From: a virus
Taxonomy: Duplodnaviria > Caudoviricetes
IMG/VR virus record: IMGVR_UViG_3300044962_000015
Coordinates: 1 to 59,217 of that record
Strand: one strand, 5' to 3'
Length of the DNA stretch: 59,217 nucleotides
In this document: positions 34,587-44,339 of the stretch, in pieces
Layout: the number at the start of each line of letters is the position of its first letter
How positions within the stretch are numbered: the stretch's first letter is position 1
Program-made: the position numbers and the translations under genes
The notes under the pieces: model-generated
Databases searched by the model: none
The model's input: the letters and a program-made list of their open reading frames with translations, nothing else
Told to the model about the DNA's origin: nothing

Positions 34587-34780
34587 GCCTGCTCCTCGTC
34601 CGCCAGGATGACGATGGACTGGGCGGACATCGACCGGTCCGTGTGGTCGAACCAGTAGTCGAGCGCTTTCCCTGTCTCGTAGAGGACGTCCGCTCCGGCC
34701 GCGTCCGCTCCGGCTGCGACCAGCTCGTGGTCTGCCGCCTCGACCTCGACCTCGACCTTAAGGGTCAGGGTGACCTTCAT
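34583..34780 (-). CDS. Hypothetical protein
   Basis: AAGGAGG RBS; TTGCGC-18nt-TATACT promoter at 34813-34842 (-). Confidence 0.65.
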   Translation of the reverse strand: MKVTLTLKVEVEVEAADHELVAAGADAAGADVLYETGKALDYWFDHTDRSMSAQSIVILADEEQA

Positions 34781-34883
34781 GTGTGTGCCTCCTTGTCGGC
34801 CTGTCTGCTCACAGTATACGTGGTCTATGCGGGCCAGCGCAATGGGTGTACTCTGATGGCATACAGCGAGCAGGGAGAGCCGG

Positions 34884-35069
34884 ATGCGCAGCGGAATGAC
34901 CCAGTACCAGGCCAGGCGCCACCCGGTGGCCACCTTCCTCACCCTGCTGCTGCTCGGGCCGTACATCCTCGCCGCCGCCCTGCTGATGCTGGCGGTCTAC
35001 GCGGCCGTCGCCGTCCTATGCCTGGTCAGCGGCAACACCGACTTCGTACGCAAGGGAGGAAAGCAATGA
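34884..35069 (+). CDS. Small membrane protein
   Basis: Long hydrophobic stretch. Confidence 0.6.
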   Translation: MRSGMTQYQARRHPVATFLTLLLLGPYILAAALLMLAVYAAVAVLCLVSGNTDFVRKGGKQ

Positions 35070-35302
35070 GCAGGGCATACGAGAAGACCATTCAGCGCGC
35101 CCAGGAGGTCGTGGCCAGCGTCGGCCAACGGCCAGAGCGGACCGAGCCCCGATCGCGCGCCGAGGTGGAGTCGTTCATCAAGGGGTTCGGGTTGAGCGCA
35201 GCGGCCGTCCGGCAGATCGTGGACGAGTGGTGCACCGACCAGCAGCACGCCCGCGACGCCGGTTGGGAGTCGCATGCGGACTCCGTCTGGTACGACGGGT
35301 GA
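35066..35302 (+). CDS. Hypothetical protein
   Basis: GGGAGG RBS, ATGA coupling. Confidence 0.65.
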   Translation: MSRAYEKTIQRAQEVVASVGQRPERTEPRSRAEVESFIKGFGLSAAAVRQIVDEWCTDQQHARDAGWESHADSVWYDG

Positions 35303-35502
35303 CCGAGCCCCTGTTCGAGCTGGAGGAGGACGACCCGGGGCGCGAGCACCAGGCCTGCGACCGGTGCCTGACCGGGGCCTGGGCGTCCAACGACAGGCTC
35401 CGGGTGCGCGGCTGGATCGCCTTCGACGGCGTCTCCGTGACCGGCAAGGAACTGCACGTCAGGGTCTGCCCGGCGTGCCAACGGAAAGGACAACGCTCAT
35501 GA
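35299..35502 (+). CDS. Small Zn-ribbon protein
   Basis: CDRC...GW...CPAC. Confidence 0.6.
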   Translation: MTEPLFELEEDDPGREHQACDRCLTGAWASNDRLRVRGWIAFDGVSVTGKELHVRVCPACQRKGQRS

Positions 35503-35714
35503 CCGTCGAGATGCCGATCGGCTGGGGCGCGGGGGAGAAGATGGCTGAGTTGATCGACTGGAACGACTATCGCAAGTGCTCGCAGATCTGCCGCGCCAAG
35601 ATCGGCGAGCCGTGCTTCTCCCTGAACGGCACCGTGGTCAACGGCCAGACAGACGGCGTACGCACCCCGCTGGCCGTGCCGCACAAGGCCCGGAAGCGCC
35701 GCAAGCGCCGGTAG
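35499..35714 (+). CDS. Small Cys/His (Zn-finger-like) protein
   Basis: C-x3-C-x-A-x2-GEPC...PH-x2-R. Confidence 0.6.
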   Translation: MTVEMPIGWGAGEKMAELIDWNDYRKCSQICRAKIGEPCFSLNGTVVNGQTDGVRTPLAVPHKARKRRKRR

Positions 35715-35724
35715 CCCCCGGACA

Positions 35725-35764
35725 CAAAGCAGCCCCCCACCGAGCCGGTGAGGGGGCTGCTTTG
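35725..35764. terminator. Bidirectional terminator
   Basis: CAAAGCAGCCCCC...GGGGGCTGCTTTG between convergent genes. Confidence 0.7.
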
Positions 35765-35770
35765 CTGCGG

Positions 35771-36802
35771 TCAGGCGTTCGGGTCGCCTGCCGCCGCCGG
35801 GGACAGCTCGGCCCCGAGTAGCACTTCGCCCGCCTGCTTCTCCCGCATCGGGGAGTCGCGCTCGGCCTCCTCGACGGCGTTCGGGTTGATCATCAGCTTC
35901 GGCCACTGGTCCACCGGCAGCGGCAGCACGTCCATGGCCGGAGGCGTGAACGGCTTCATCTGATAGTCGGCCGCCCCGTACCAGACCGTCTTCTGGTGGG
36001 TGGTGATGACGCCGGTGTGCACCATGACGGGCAGGCCGACCTGATGCGCGCGCAGGCAGAACGACACGTCCTCGCCGCACTTCTCCCCGTCCGGCCCGGG
36101 GATGCGCTCGAACCAGATGTGCGGCGGCGCGCCCTGCTCCTGAAGCCAGTAGGAGATCTTCTCGTACACCGACCGGTGGGTGAGCAGGAACCCGCAGCCG
36201 GTCGCGCCGACCCGGGTCACCGAGTCCTTCGCCCAGTCCTGACGGGTGACCAGCTTGTACGCGCCGGGCATCCCCGACTTCGGCTCGACCCACGACCAGT
36301 CGTACAGCGTCGGCGCCAGGCTGGACCGCAGGCCGCCCCGGAAGTCGTGCGAGTACTCGCCCTCGATGAAGCACAGGCCGCCGACGATCGGCGCCGTCAC
36401 CGGGTCGGCGACCTCCAGCAGCTTCTCCAGCGCGTCCTGCTCGGCGCCGATGTCCGAGTCCCACCAGAGCAGCCAGTCCGAGTCGCTGGACAGGAACGCG
36501 GCGGTCGCGGTGTTGCGCGCATGGGACAGTTCCACCGAGCGGCCCCACACGGGCGCCAAGGCGCCGTTGTTCATCAGGCCGGAGTTGTGCATCAGGTGGT
36601 CGCCGTGGGCTTTGTCGTACGCGATCATCCGTAGGGCTGACTCGATGAAGTTCCAGCCGCCCTCGTTCAGGTGCGGCACCCCGATGCAGACCTTCTCCCC
36701 GGCGCGGGGATTGATGACCCGCTCCAGGTCCAGCCTGGCGTTGACGGCCTCCGCCAATCGCAGCGTCTCTTCGACGCCCTCGGGCGTGAAGTGTTCGGAC
36801 AT
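35771..36802 (-). CDS. Glycosyltransferase (GT-A fold)
   Basis: GAGGAGG RBS; ARN-x5-FL, WLLWWDSD, IVGGLCF, ATGCGFLL-x-HRSV, GEDVSFC-x-R. Confidence 0.85.
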   Translation of the reverse strand: MSEHFTPEGVEETLRLAEAVNARLDLERVINPRAGEKVCIGVPHLNEGGWNFIESALRMIAYDKAHGDHLMHNSGLMNNGALAPVWGRSVELSHARNTATAAFLSSDSDWLLWWDSDIGAEQDALEKLLEVADPVTAPIVGGLCFIEGEYSHDFRGGLRSSLAPTLYDWSWVEPKSGMPGAYKLVTRQDWAKDSVTRVGATGCGFLLTHRSVYEKISYWLQEQGAPPHIWFERIPGPDGEKCGEDVSFCLRAHQVGLPVMVHTGVITTHQKTVWYGAADYQMKPFTPPAMDVLPLPVDQWPKLMINPNAVEEAERDSPMREKQAGEVLLGAELSPAAAGDPNA

Positions 36803-36907
36803 ACGGCCTCCTCCTCCGTGAAACGGCAGACTACCGCTATGATCGCCCGCAGGTGTATCCGTGCTGCCACGGTCCGGCGGAGCGCTCGAAGTTGAAGAGA
36901 GACCGCA

Positions 36908-38782
36908 GTGACAGTGAACCTGCCGTTCACGGTTCCGGGCGACAAGAACGGCGAGGGCGAATACGTCTTCACCGCCGTGCCGACCGATGACCTGGCTTCG
37001 ATTCGCTCGCAGGCCCGTGCCGCAGCAGCGACCTACGCGGAGATGGACGTCTCCGACGTGTCGGGCGACGACATCGAGACGATGCGCGAGCTGACCAAGA
37101 TCGTCCAGGGCGTCGACGCCGAGAAGACCCGCCGTACCGGCGCGGCTGGCGCCTTCGCCGCCCTCTCCGACAGCCTCGGCGACGAGGACGAGACCGACAC
37201 CGCCGCGAGCACCGAGGGCGCGGGCACCGAGGGGACCGGCACCCCGGAGACTCCCGCAGCGACCACCACGGCGGCGGCGGCTGCGAAGCCGACCGCTCCG
37301 GGCGTCGCTGCTGTGGCCTCCCAGACCGCCCCCGCTGTCCCGGCCGAGACAGTGGCGCAGCGGGCTCCGGCCGTCATCCTCGCCGGGGCGAACAGCTCCG
37401 ACTACCCGGCCGGTTCCGAGATGGACTGGACGAAGGTCGGCAAGGCGGTCGAGAAGGCGTTCCTCCAGTACTCCGCCATGGGCGGCGCTGGCGGTGCGCG
37501 GCGTGACCCGATCGCGCAGTTCAAGCTGGAGTACCCGAAGGAGCTGACCGCGTCGGGCGGCCTCGCGGACGACGCGACGGCGGTCATCGACTACGCGTCG
37601 AGCGAGAAGCGGCTGCCGGGCGGTTCGCTGCTGGCGTCGATCGCGCTGGCGCGCAAGGCGTCGCCGAACAGCCTGACGGCGGCCGGTGCGGGCTGGTGTG
37701 CCCCGTCGGAGGTCATCTACGACCTGTGCGAGCTGGAGTCTTCGGACGGCCTGCTCGACATCCCGGAGATCAACGTCTCGCGGGGCGGCATCAAGTACAC
37801 GACCGGCCCGGACTTCTCGTCGATCTACTCGGGTGCGGGCTACTTCCACTACACCGAGGCGCAGGTCATCTCGGGCGTCACGAAGCCGACCATGTCGGTG
37901 CCGTGCCCGTCCTTCACGGACACCCGGCTGGAGGCGGACGGCCTGGCGATTCAGGCGGACCTGCTCCAGCTGCGGGGCTACCCGGAGCTGATCGCCCGGT
38001 TCGTGCGGGGCGCGATGGTCGCGCACACGCACAAGATCAACCAGTTCATGATCAACGCCCTGGTGACCGGCTCGACCGCGCTCGCGCTGCCCAGCAACGT
38101 CACCGCGCACACCCCCGGCGCCGGTACCACCTGGGCCACCGACCACTCCGTGGTCTCCACCCTGCTCAGCGCCATCGACATGGCCATCCAGGACTACAAG
38201 TACCGCCAGCGGATGGCCCTCGGCTCCACCCTCGAAGTGGTGCTCCCGTACTGGGTGCAGTCCTGGATCCGCGCGGACGTCTCCCGCCGCCAGTTCCTCG
38301 ACGGCGACACCTCCGGCGACCAGTTCGCCGTCACCATGGCGAAGATGGCCGACTGGCTGTCCGTGCGTGGTGCCCGCGTGCAGTGGGTGTACGACTGGCA
38401 GGACGCCTTCTACTGGGCGGCCTACCCGTCCGGCGCGCCGTCGGTGTGGCAGCAGTTCGGTGCCAGCCCGACCTCCACGGACTTCGTGCAGGACTGGCCG
38501 CACACCATGCAGTTCCTGCTCTACGCGGCCGGTACCTGGGTGCGCGGCAACGCCGACATCATCACCCTGGACACCGTGTACGACTCGACGCTGCTGGCGC
38601 AGAACAAGACGACCCAGCTCTTCACCGAGCAGGGCATCCTCGCGGCGAAGACCTGCTTCGACAGCCGGGTCTACACCATCGGCAACATCGGCGGCGGCCT
38701 GATCCCGGACGGCGCGGCCTCGTACGCGCTGAACGCGCAGGCGGTCATTGCCACGCAGGGCGTCTTCCCGACCAACCCGTAA
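36908..38782 (+). CDS. Major capsid protein with N-terminal scaffold-like extension
   Basis: LTAAGAGWCAPSE-x-IYDLC, GLLDIPE, RGGI, K-x5-PCP-x-F, YPELIARF, LDTVYDS...LFTEQG. Confidence 0.88.
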   Translation: MTVNLPFTVPGDKNGEGEYVFTAVPTDDLASIRSQARAAAATYAEMDVSDVSGDDIETMRELTKIVQGVDAEKTRRTGAAGAFAALSDSLGDEDETDTAASTEGAGTEGTGTPETPAATTTAAAAAKPTAPGVAAVASQTAPAVPAETVAQRAPAVILAGANSSDYPAGSEMDWTKVGKAVEKAFLQYSAMGGAGGARRDPIAQFKLEYPKELTASGGLADDATAVIDYASSEKRLPGGSLLASIALARKASPNSLTAAGAGWCAPSEVIYDLCELESSDGLLDIPEINVSRGGIKYTTGPDFSSIYSGAGYFHYTEAQVISGVTKPTMSVPCPSFTDTRLEADGLAIQADLLQLRGYPELIARFVRGAMVAHTHKINQFMINALVTGSTALALPSNVTAHTPGAGTTWATDHSVVSTLLSAIDMAIQDYKYRQRMALGSTLEVVLPYWVQSWIRADVSRRQFLDGDTSGDQFAVTMAKMADWLSVRGARVQWVYDWQDAFYWAAYPSGAPSVWQQFGASPTSTDFVQDWPHTMQFLLYAAGTWVRGNADIITLDTVYDSTLLAQNKTTQLFTEQGILAAKTCFDSRVYTIGNIGGGLIPDGAASYALNAQAVIATQGVFPTNP

Positions 38783-38790
38783 CCAGACCA

Positions 38791-38824
38791 CGCGCCGGGC
38801 CGCCCGCGAGGACGGCCCGGCGCG
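38791..38824. terminator. Hairpin after capsid gene
   Basis: CGCGCCGGGCCG / CGGCCCGGCGCG. Confidence 0.5.
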
Positions 38825-38854
38825 GGAACACCTACGGGAAGGGAGGACACCCCG

Positions 38855-39784
38855 ATGGCGACCCTTACGCCACTGAGCGGGCCGGTCTACGTAGATCAGC
38901 CTGCGGTCGGCACCATCCGGTACGGCCTGCTATCGGCCGCCAACGGCCCGTTCCCGCTGCCGGACCACGGCTCCGTCGGCGGCGTGCAGTACCTGGAGGA
39001 GCACTGCGGCCAGGCCCACCTGATCGCGGCGGCCTCTTGCTCTAACCCGACCATCACCCTCAGTCCGTTCGACGGCTGCGACGGCACGGCCATCGGCCTG
39101 CCGTACCAGGTCGGCGCCACGCTCAAGGCGGGCACGTTCCCGTACGACGCGACCGAGGTCGAGCGGCGGCTGCGGATCCGGCTCAACGACAACGCCCAGT
39201 TCGTCGCCGAGCAGGCGTTCTGGGGCGGCAACGCGGACGTGCAGGCCGCCCTGGTGCGCCCGGAGCTGAACGGCGGCTCCGGCGTCCTCGACGTCACGCC
39301 CGTACCTGGCACGCCGGTCACCATCGAATACGGTGTGGGCCTGCTGGAGGATGCCCTGTCGGCGTACAGCTACCCGGGCATCATCCACTGCCGCCCGGTG
39401 CTGACGCCGTACCTTGTCGAGCGGCAGCTGATGCCGCTGCCGCAGCGTGCGCCCAAGGGCCTCACCGGTGTGCAGTACACGCCGATGGGCAACGTGTGGT
39501 CCTTCGGGCGGGGCTACTCGGGCAACAAGCCGAACAACGACGCGTCGGCACCGGCCGCCGGTACCGCGTACCTCGTGGCCACCGGCGCGGTGACGATCTG
39601 GCGCGACGACACCGTGTACGTCACCCCGCCGGAGCGCACGTTCGACCGGTCGGGTAACGCCTGGCAGGCGACCGCCCAGCAGGCGTACGCCACCACGGTC
39701 GACTGCGTGGCCTTCTTCGTGCTGGTCAACCTGGCCGCCATGACGGCGTCGACCGGCGCGGCCATTGCTGGATCGCTGTACTGA
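38855..39784 (+). CDS. Virion structural protein (minor capsid-like)
   Basis: YGLLSAA, EQAFW-x-G, TP-x-GN-x-W-x-FG-x-GY, ATGAVTIWR; directly follows the capsid gene. Confidence 0.7.
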   Translation: MATLTPLSGPVYVDQPAVGTIRYGLLSAANGPFPLPDHGSVGGVQYLEEHCGQAHLIAAASCSNPTITLSPFDGCDGTAIGLPYQVGATLKAGTFPYDATEVERRLRIRLNDNAQFVAEQAFWGGNADVQAALVRPELNGGSGVLDVTPVPGTPVTIEYGVGLLEDALSAYSYPGIIHCRPVLTPYLVERQLMPLPQRAPKGLTGVQYTPMGNVWSFGRGYSGNKPNNDASAPAAGTAYLVATGAVTIWRDDTVYVTPPERTFDRSGNAWQATAQQAYATTVDCVAFFVLVNLAAMTASTGAAIAGSLY

Positions 39785-39794
39785 GGAGTGGAAG

Positions 39795-40184
39795 ATGGCA
39801 ACTGGAGCTGACTACAACGTCGCCGTCGTGCTCGTCAACGAGCACGAGCCGCACAGCGAGGTGGCGACGCGACTGATCGAGGTCGCCGAGGAGAAGGGCT
39901 ACGACCCTCGGGTCGTGGAGGCGGTGCGCGGCGAGAACGACGCGGCCCTGTCCTTCCGCGTGCCGGAGGATGTGGCCGAGGCGTTCAACGCCGATCGCGC
40001 CGACCGCTGGAGCGCCAAGATCGAAAACGACGGCGAGAAGGTGGACGACCAGCCCGTACCCACGGTCGACGGGGACACCTACGCGGCCGATGAACAGCGG
40101 CGGGTCAACGCCGTCCGGGCCGCCAACACCGAAGACAAGACCACCCCGGCCCGCACCAAGCGGACCGACAAGGCCAAGGAGTAA
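39795..40184 (+). CDS. Hypothetical head-region protein
   Basis: GAGGAG RBS; F-x-VPEDVA. Confidence 0.7.
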   Translation: MATGADYNVAVVLVNEHEPHSEVATRLIEVAEEKGYDPRVVEAVRGENDAALSFRVPEDVAEAFNADRADRWSAKIENDGEKVDDQPVPTVDGDTYAADEQRRVNAVRAANTEDKTTPARTKRTDKAKE

Positions 40185-40187
40185 CAC

Positions 40188-40880
40188 ATGGTGGCCGTAT
40201 GTCAGGCGCCTATTCAGGGCACCACCATGCGGGTCCAGGCAGTCGACTCGTGCGGGACGCCCAAGGTGGGCTCCTGCGTGTCGGCCGTCTCGACCGGCTT
40301 CGTCTCGGTGGAGATGCAGGATCAGGTCGAGTCGGGTCAGGAAATCATCGTCCTGAACGCAGCCGGGATCATGTGCGTCAACGAGAAGTCGCCGAAGCAG
40401 CTGAAGTGGATCGATGTCACGATCACCTTCTGCAACGTCGACCCGGAGCTGTTCGGCCTGATCACCGGCTCCACGCTGGTGCTCAACGACGCGGGCTCCC
40501 CGGCGGCCGTGGGCTTCCAGACGCGGACCAGCAACTACGCGACCAACGCGTTCGGGCTGGAGGTGTGGTCGAACATGTCCCAGCCCGTGTGCGTCACGGT
40601 CGGCACGTTCTCGCTGGTGCCGTACGGGTACTTCCTGATGCCGAACGTGATCGAGGGGACCGTCGGTGACCTCAAGGTCGAAAACGGCGCCATCTCGTTC
40701 ACGGTGTCGGGCCGCACCAAGCAGGGCACCAACTGGGGCACCGGCCCCAAGAACGTGCTCGCGAACATGAGCACGGCGGCGGCGGCTAAGCTGCTGGTGG
40801 CCCTGCCGAACGACACCCACCGGCACCTCCAGTGGACGTACCTCGCACCGCCCGCCGCGTCCTGCGGCTGTGGCGCCTGA
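40188..40880 (+). CDS. Major tail protein
   Basis: G-x2-MRV-x3-DSCG, GFVSV, NA-x-G-x2-C, FC-x-VDP, F-x-LEVWS, YF-x2-P. Confidence 0.8.
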   Translation: MVAVCQAPIQGTTMRVQAVDSCGTPKVGSCVSAVSTGFVSVEMQDQVESGQEIIVLNAAGIMCVNEKSPKQLKWIDVTITFCNVDPELFGLITGSTLVLNDAGSPAAVGFQTRTSNYATNAFGLEVWSNMSQPVCVTVGTFSLVPYGYFLMPNVIEGTVGDLKVENGAISFTVSGRTKQGTNWGTGPKNVLANMSTAAAAKLLVALPNDTHRHLQWTYLAPPAASCGCGA

Positions 40881-40896
40881 GCAACCAACGGTAAGC

Positions 40897-40925
40897 GCGG
40901 GAGTCGCCGGTTCGGCGGCTCCCGC
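40897..40925. terminator. Hairpin
   Basis: GCGGGAGTCGCCG / CGGCGGCTCCCGC. Confidence 0.5.
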
Positions 40926-40945
40926 TCCGTAAGGAGGGGACAGAG

Positions 40946-41260
40946 ATGGGCAGGCTCACCGACGACCCTTCGGACCCCGGCCTGACGCGTGGCGTCGACC
41001 CGCAGGGCGCGCGCGTTCCGCAGGCTGAGGCATATCTCGTCCTGTCGGAGCAGGAGCGCGCCAAGGGGTTCGTCCGCCCGCTGCGCCGGTCCTACCTGCA
41101 CGTCGAGTGCGGCTCGGTGACCACCATGTCCCTGCCGCTGGCCGAGACGTACGCCCGCGAGCCGGGCTTCTACGGCGCGACCTATTGCGCGAGCTGTGCA
41201 CGGCACGCGCCGGTGTCCGAGTTCCGCTGGGACGGCACCGTCGAAGTGGTGGGTAGCTGA
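40946..41260 (+). CDS. Conserved phage hypothetical (Zn-binding)
   Basis: YLVLSE-x-ERAKGFVRP-x-R-x-SY-x-H-x2-CG...AETYAR-x-P-x-FY-x-ATYC-x2-C. Confidence 0.75.
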   Translation: MGRLTDDPSDPGLTRGVDPQGARVPQAEAYLVLSEQERAKGFVRPLRRSYLHVECGSVTTMSLPLAETYAREPGFYGATYCASCARHAPVSEFRWDGTVEVVGS

Positions 41261-42069
41261 TGGCCAGCGCGGTGCCGAACGGCTGGACCGTCACGAACAT
41301 GGCGGCCTGCTCGACGACCTGGGCGGCGCTGACGCAGGCGCAGAAAGACCTCGCCCTGAACCTGGCGACGTTCACCCTGTACACGCTGACGGGTCGGCAG
41401 TTCGGGACCGTCAGCCTCACGCTCAGGCCGTGCAACGCGCCGATGCTGCCGCCGCTGTACCAGACGTACCCGGTGAACCTGATCAACCCGTGGGGCACCG
41501 ACGAGGGCAACAGCTATTACCCGCTCTACATCCAGAACGGCGTGTGGCACAACGCCGGGTGCGCGGGGATCAACTGCTGCGGCGCCTCCTGCGAGGTGGA
41601 GCTGCCGAAGACCGTCTCGATCACCTCCGTGGTCGTCGACGGCGCGACGGTGAACCCGAGCGCGTACCGGATCGACAACGGGTTCCTGCTGGTCCGCACC
41701 GACGGCGCCTGCTGGCCGCAGTGCCAGGACCTGAACAAGAACATCGGCGTGGCGGACACCTGGTCCGTGACCGGCGTGTTCGGCCGCGCGGTGCCGGACG
41801 AGGCGCTGAACGCCGCCAGCATCCTCGCCTGTGAGATCGGCAAGGCCATCGTGGGCCAGCCGTGCCGCCTGCCGCAGCGCATGCAGTCGCTGACCCGGGC
41901 GGGCGTCTCCATCCAGTTCCCCAGCGTCAACACCTACCTCGACCGGGGGCTGACCGGCCTCAACGAGGTCGACCAGCTGGTGGTGCAGTTCAACCCCGGT
42001 CGGCTGACACAGTCGCCGAAGGTGTACTCGATGGACCAGTCCCCGACCCGCATCACCACCTGGCCATGA
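41260..42069 (+). CDS. Head-to-tail adaptor
   Basis: LTGRQFG...RPC, V-x-VDG, LVRTDG-x-CWP-x-CQD, CRLP-x-R, TGL-x-EVD. Confidence 0.75.
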   Translation: MASAVPNGWTVTNMAACSTTWAALTQAQKDLALNLATFTLYTLTGRQFGTVSLTLRPCNAPMLPPLYQTYPVNLINPWGTDEGNSYYPLYIQNGVWHNAGCAGINCCGASCEVELPKTVSITSVVVDGATVNPSAYRIDNGFLLVRTDGACWPQCQDLNKNIGVADTWSVTGVFGRAVPDEALNAASILACEIGKAIVGQPCRLPQRMQSLTRAGVSIQFPSVNTYLDRGLTGLNEVDQLVVQFNPGRLTQSPKVYSMDQSPTRITTWP

Positions 42070-42605
42070 CCGCCCCGTCGGATCCGATCGGCATGCCGGT
42101 CGCGCAGCAGCTGCTGGCCTGCTTCACCACGCAGCTGAACACGCAGGCCAGTCCACCCAAGTACATCCAGCTGCGGCTGGGCCAGGAGACCGGCCCGCTG
42201 ATCGGCGCGAACGTCGACGAGTGCTGCGCCGGGCTGGCGTGGGTGCGCATCGCCAACATCTTCCCATCCTGGGACAGCTTCCCGGCGCCGGACAACACCT
42301 GGCTGCCGTGCGGCCCGCTTGCGTACGCCGTGGTGCTGGAGATGGGTGTGGCGTTCTGCATGCCCTGGTCCACCTCGGACGACACGTTCGACAACATCGA
42401 CCCGCCCAGCTCGGCGGACTGGTCGACGGCCGCCGCGACGCAGATGGTCCACCAGACGCTGATGCGCCGGACGGCGGCGTGCTGCTGGCGGCCGACGCAG
42501 CGCCGGGCGGTCGGGGAGTGGACGCCGCTGCCGGTGGAAGGCGGCTGCACCGGCGGTAAACTGCTGGTGACCGTGTCGGTGCCCGCGCCGTGCGCGGACT
42601 GCTGA
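42066..42605 (+). CDS. Tail terminator/completion protein (putative)
   Basis: C-x-GLAWVR, E-x-GV-x2-C, P-x-EGGC-x-G; position. Confidence 0.65.
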   Translation: MTAPSDPIGMPVAQQLLACFTTQLNTQASPPKYIQLRLGQETGPLIGANVDECCAGLAWVRIANIFPSWDSFPAPDNTWLPCGPLAYAVVLEMGVAFCMPWSTSDDTFDNIDPPSSADWSTAAATQMVHQTLMRRTAACCWRPTQRRAVGEWTPLPVEGGCTGGKLLVTVSVPAPCADC

Positions 42606-42615
42606 GGGAGTGGCC

Positions 42616-42813
42616 ATGCCCGGAACGGGCCGTAAGACCGGCAAGCGCACGTTCGAGGTGCTGGTGAGCTTCGACGGCCTCGACGTGGGCGACAAGTTCA
42701 CACAGGACGCGGGCGACACGGGCTGGGCCACGCAGCATGTGGACACCGGCTATCTTCGGGACGTGACGGAGGAGGAGCCGGATGTCGGGCGGAGTGAAGT
42801 CGGTCAGGGTTGA
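42616..42813 (+). CDS. Hypothetical protein
   Basis: GAGGGAG RBS. Confidence 0.55.
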   Translation: MPGTGRKTGKRTFEVLVSFDGLDVGDKFTQDAGDTGWATQHVDTGYLRDVTEEEPDVGRSEVGQG

Positions 42814-43237
42814 CCTGTTCCTGCCGGTCATCAAGGGCCTTCTGCAAGACGACGCGGGCCGCGCGGTGGTGCGGTTCACGATGAAGGTGCTCAACCGCGC
42901 CCGGGTGTTGACGCCCGTGGACACCGGGAATCTGCGGGCGAGCCACCAGTTCAAGATCAAAAGCGGCTCCAACAAGATCACGGGCGAGGTGTACACCAAG
43001 GTCAAGTACGCGCTCCCCGTGCACGAGGGGCGCCGCGCGATCGTCATCCGGCCCAAGAACAAGCAGGCCCTCGCATTCCGCTGGCACGGCCAGCCGATGG
43101 TGCGCAAATGGGTCCACCAGCCTGCCCGGCGAGGTAAGCCATGGCTGAGGGACGCCCTGCGCGAAGTCGCGACAAGCGAGGGCTGGAACATGCAGAGCGC
43201 CGCCGCAGCAGACGCCAGCGGCGGCGGAGACCTGTAG
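42782..43237 (+). CDS. HK97 gp10-like neck/tail-completion protein
   Basis: PVDTGNLRAS, YA-x2-VHEG, P-x-LRDAL. Confidence 0.8.
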   Translation: MSGGVKSVRVDLFLPVIKGLLQDDAGRAVVRFTMKVLNRARVLTPVDTGNLRASHQFKIKSGSNKITGEVYTKVKYALPVHEGRRAIVIRPKNKQALAFRWHGQPMVRKWVHQPARRGKPWLRDALREVATSEGWNMQSAAAADASGGGDL

Positions 43238-43248
43238 GAGGAGAAGCA

Positions 43249-43446
43249 GTGAAGAAGATCAAGGTGACCTGGATGTCCGGGACCTGGAATGCCGACGACG
43301 CAGCGACGGACTCCGCCGAGATCCCGGCAGCCGCGCAGCTCAATGCGGTCGGCGACACGCTCGTCTTCAAGACGGGAGACGGGATCTGCCTGATCATCCC
43401 CGAGCAGCGGCTGATCTCGGCCATCGAGATCGAGGCGCAGGCATGA
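43249..43446 (+). CDS. Hypothetical protein
   Basis: AGGAGGAG RBS. Confidence 0.55.
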   Translation: MKKIKVTWMSGTWNADDAATDSAEIPAAAQLNAVGDTLVFKTGDGICLIIPEQRLISAIEIEAQA

Positions 43447-44339
43447 GCGTCGTCAGCATCTACCGGGAGCGGCTGCCCATGCACCCGCTGCTCGGCCGCA
43501 ACATCAACCTGGACAGCCGGTCGAAGGCGTACGCCCTCCAGCCGCCGACGGGGATCATCACCTCGGTCCGGCACGCCCAGCACATCGCGGTCCTCGACCA
43601 GGGTCAGATCGGCTCGTGCACCGGCAACGCCGCGACCTCGTGCGCCTACCACGAGCCGTTCTACGCGCCCGGCAGCCAGCCCTGGCGGTACGCGCCGGAC
43701 GAGGCGGGCGCGGTCGCCTGGTACCACGACAACACCGCCAACGACGGCTTCCCCGGCACGTACGCCCCCGACGACACCGGCTCCGACGGGCTCACCTCGT
43801 CGAAGATGGCCGTCCAGGCGGGCATCGCGAACGGCTATCAGGCCGCCCTCGACCTGGACGCGTCGTTGCAGGCCCTGATGGACCGCCCCGGCGTCACCGG
43901 CCTGCCCTGGTTCAACAGCATGTTCAACGCCGGATCGTCGGGCCTGATCGAGGTCAGCGTGCCGTCGGGTCTCGCGGGCGGCCATGAGCTGGTCGTCGAC
44001 GAGATCGTGGCGGCCGACGCGCCGGGCAACGGCACCGGCGTGCTGCTGGTCGGCGGCAACAACTCGTGGGGCACCGCGTGGGGTGCGCAGGGCCGCTGGT
44101 ACCTGCGCGCGTCGGACTGGTGGGAGCTGCGCAAGCGGGAGGGTGACGTCTACTTCTGGACGGCCAAGTCGCAGCCTGCCCCGACCCCGGCGCCGGACCC
44201 TTCCGGCCCGAGCATGACCGACGCCGAGATGTGGGCGGCCACCGCCCCGTTCCGGCACGACCACCACGTGGTGCCGCACATCGTGCAGGCCGCGAAGGCA
44301 CTGAGCGCCTGGGGCGACAAGAAGATGGGCCTCTCGTGA
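43443..44339 (+). CDS. Papain-like (C1) cysteine peptidase
   Basis: DQG-x2-GSCTGNA, GGHE, NSWG-x2-WG-x2-G. Confidence 0.85.
   Translation: MSVVSIYRERLPMHPLLGRNINLDSRSKAYALQPPTGIITSVRHAQHIAVLDQGQIGSCTGNAATSCAYHEPFYAPGSQPWRYAPDEAGAVAWYHDNTANDGFPGTYAPDDTGSDGLTSSKMAVQAGIANGYQAALDLDASLQALMDRPGVTGLPWFNSMFNAGSSGLIEVSVPSGLAGGHELVVDEIVAADAPGNGTGVLLVGGNNSWGTAWGAQGRWYLRASDWWELRKREGDVYFWTAKSQPAPTPAPDPSGPSMTDAEMWAATAPFRHDHHVVPHIVQAAKALSAWGDKKMGLS

Noticed and set aside
36803-38791. N-terminal ~660 aa of the 1006-aa minus ORF 35771-38791
   Set aside because: Antisense shadow of the capsid gene; the real glycosyltransferase starts at 36802 with a GAGGAGG RBS
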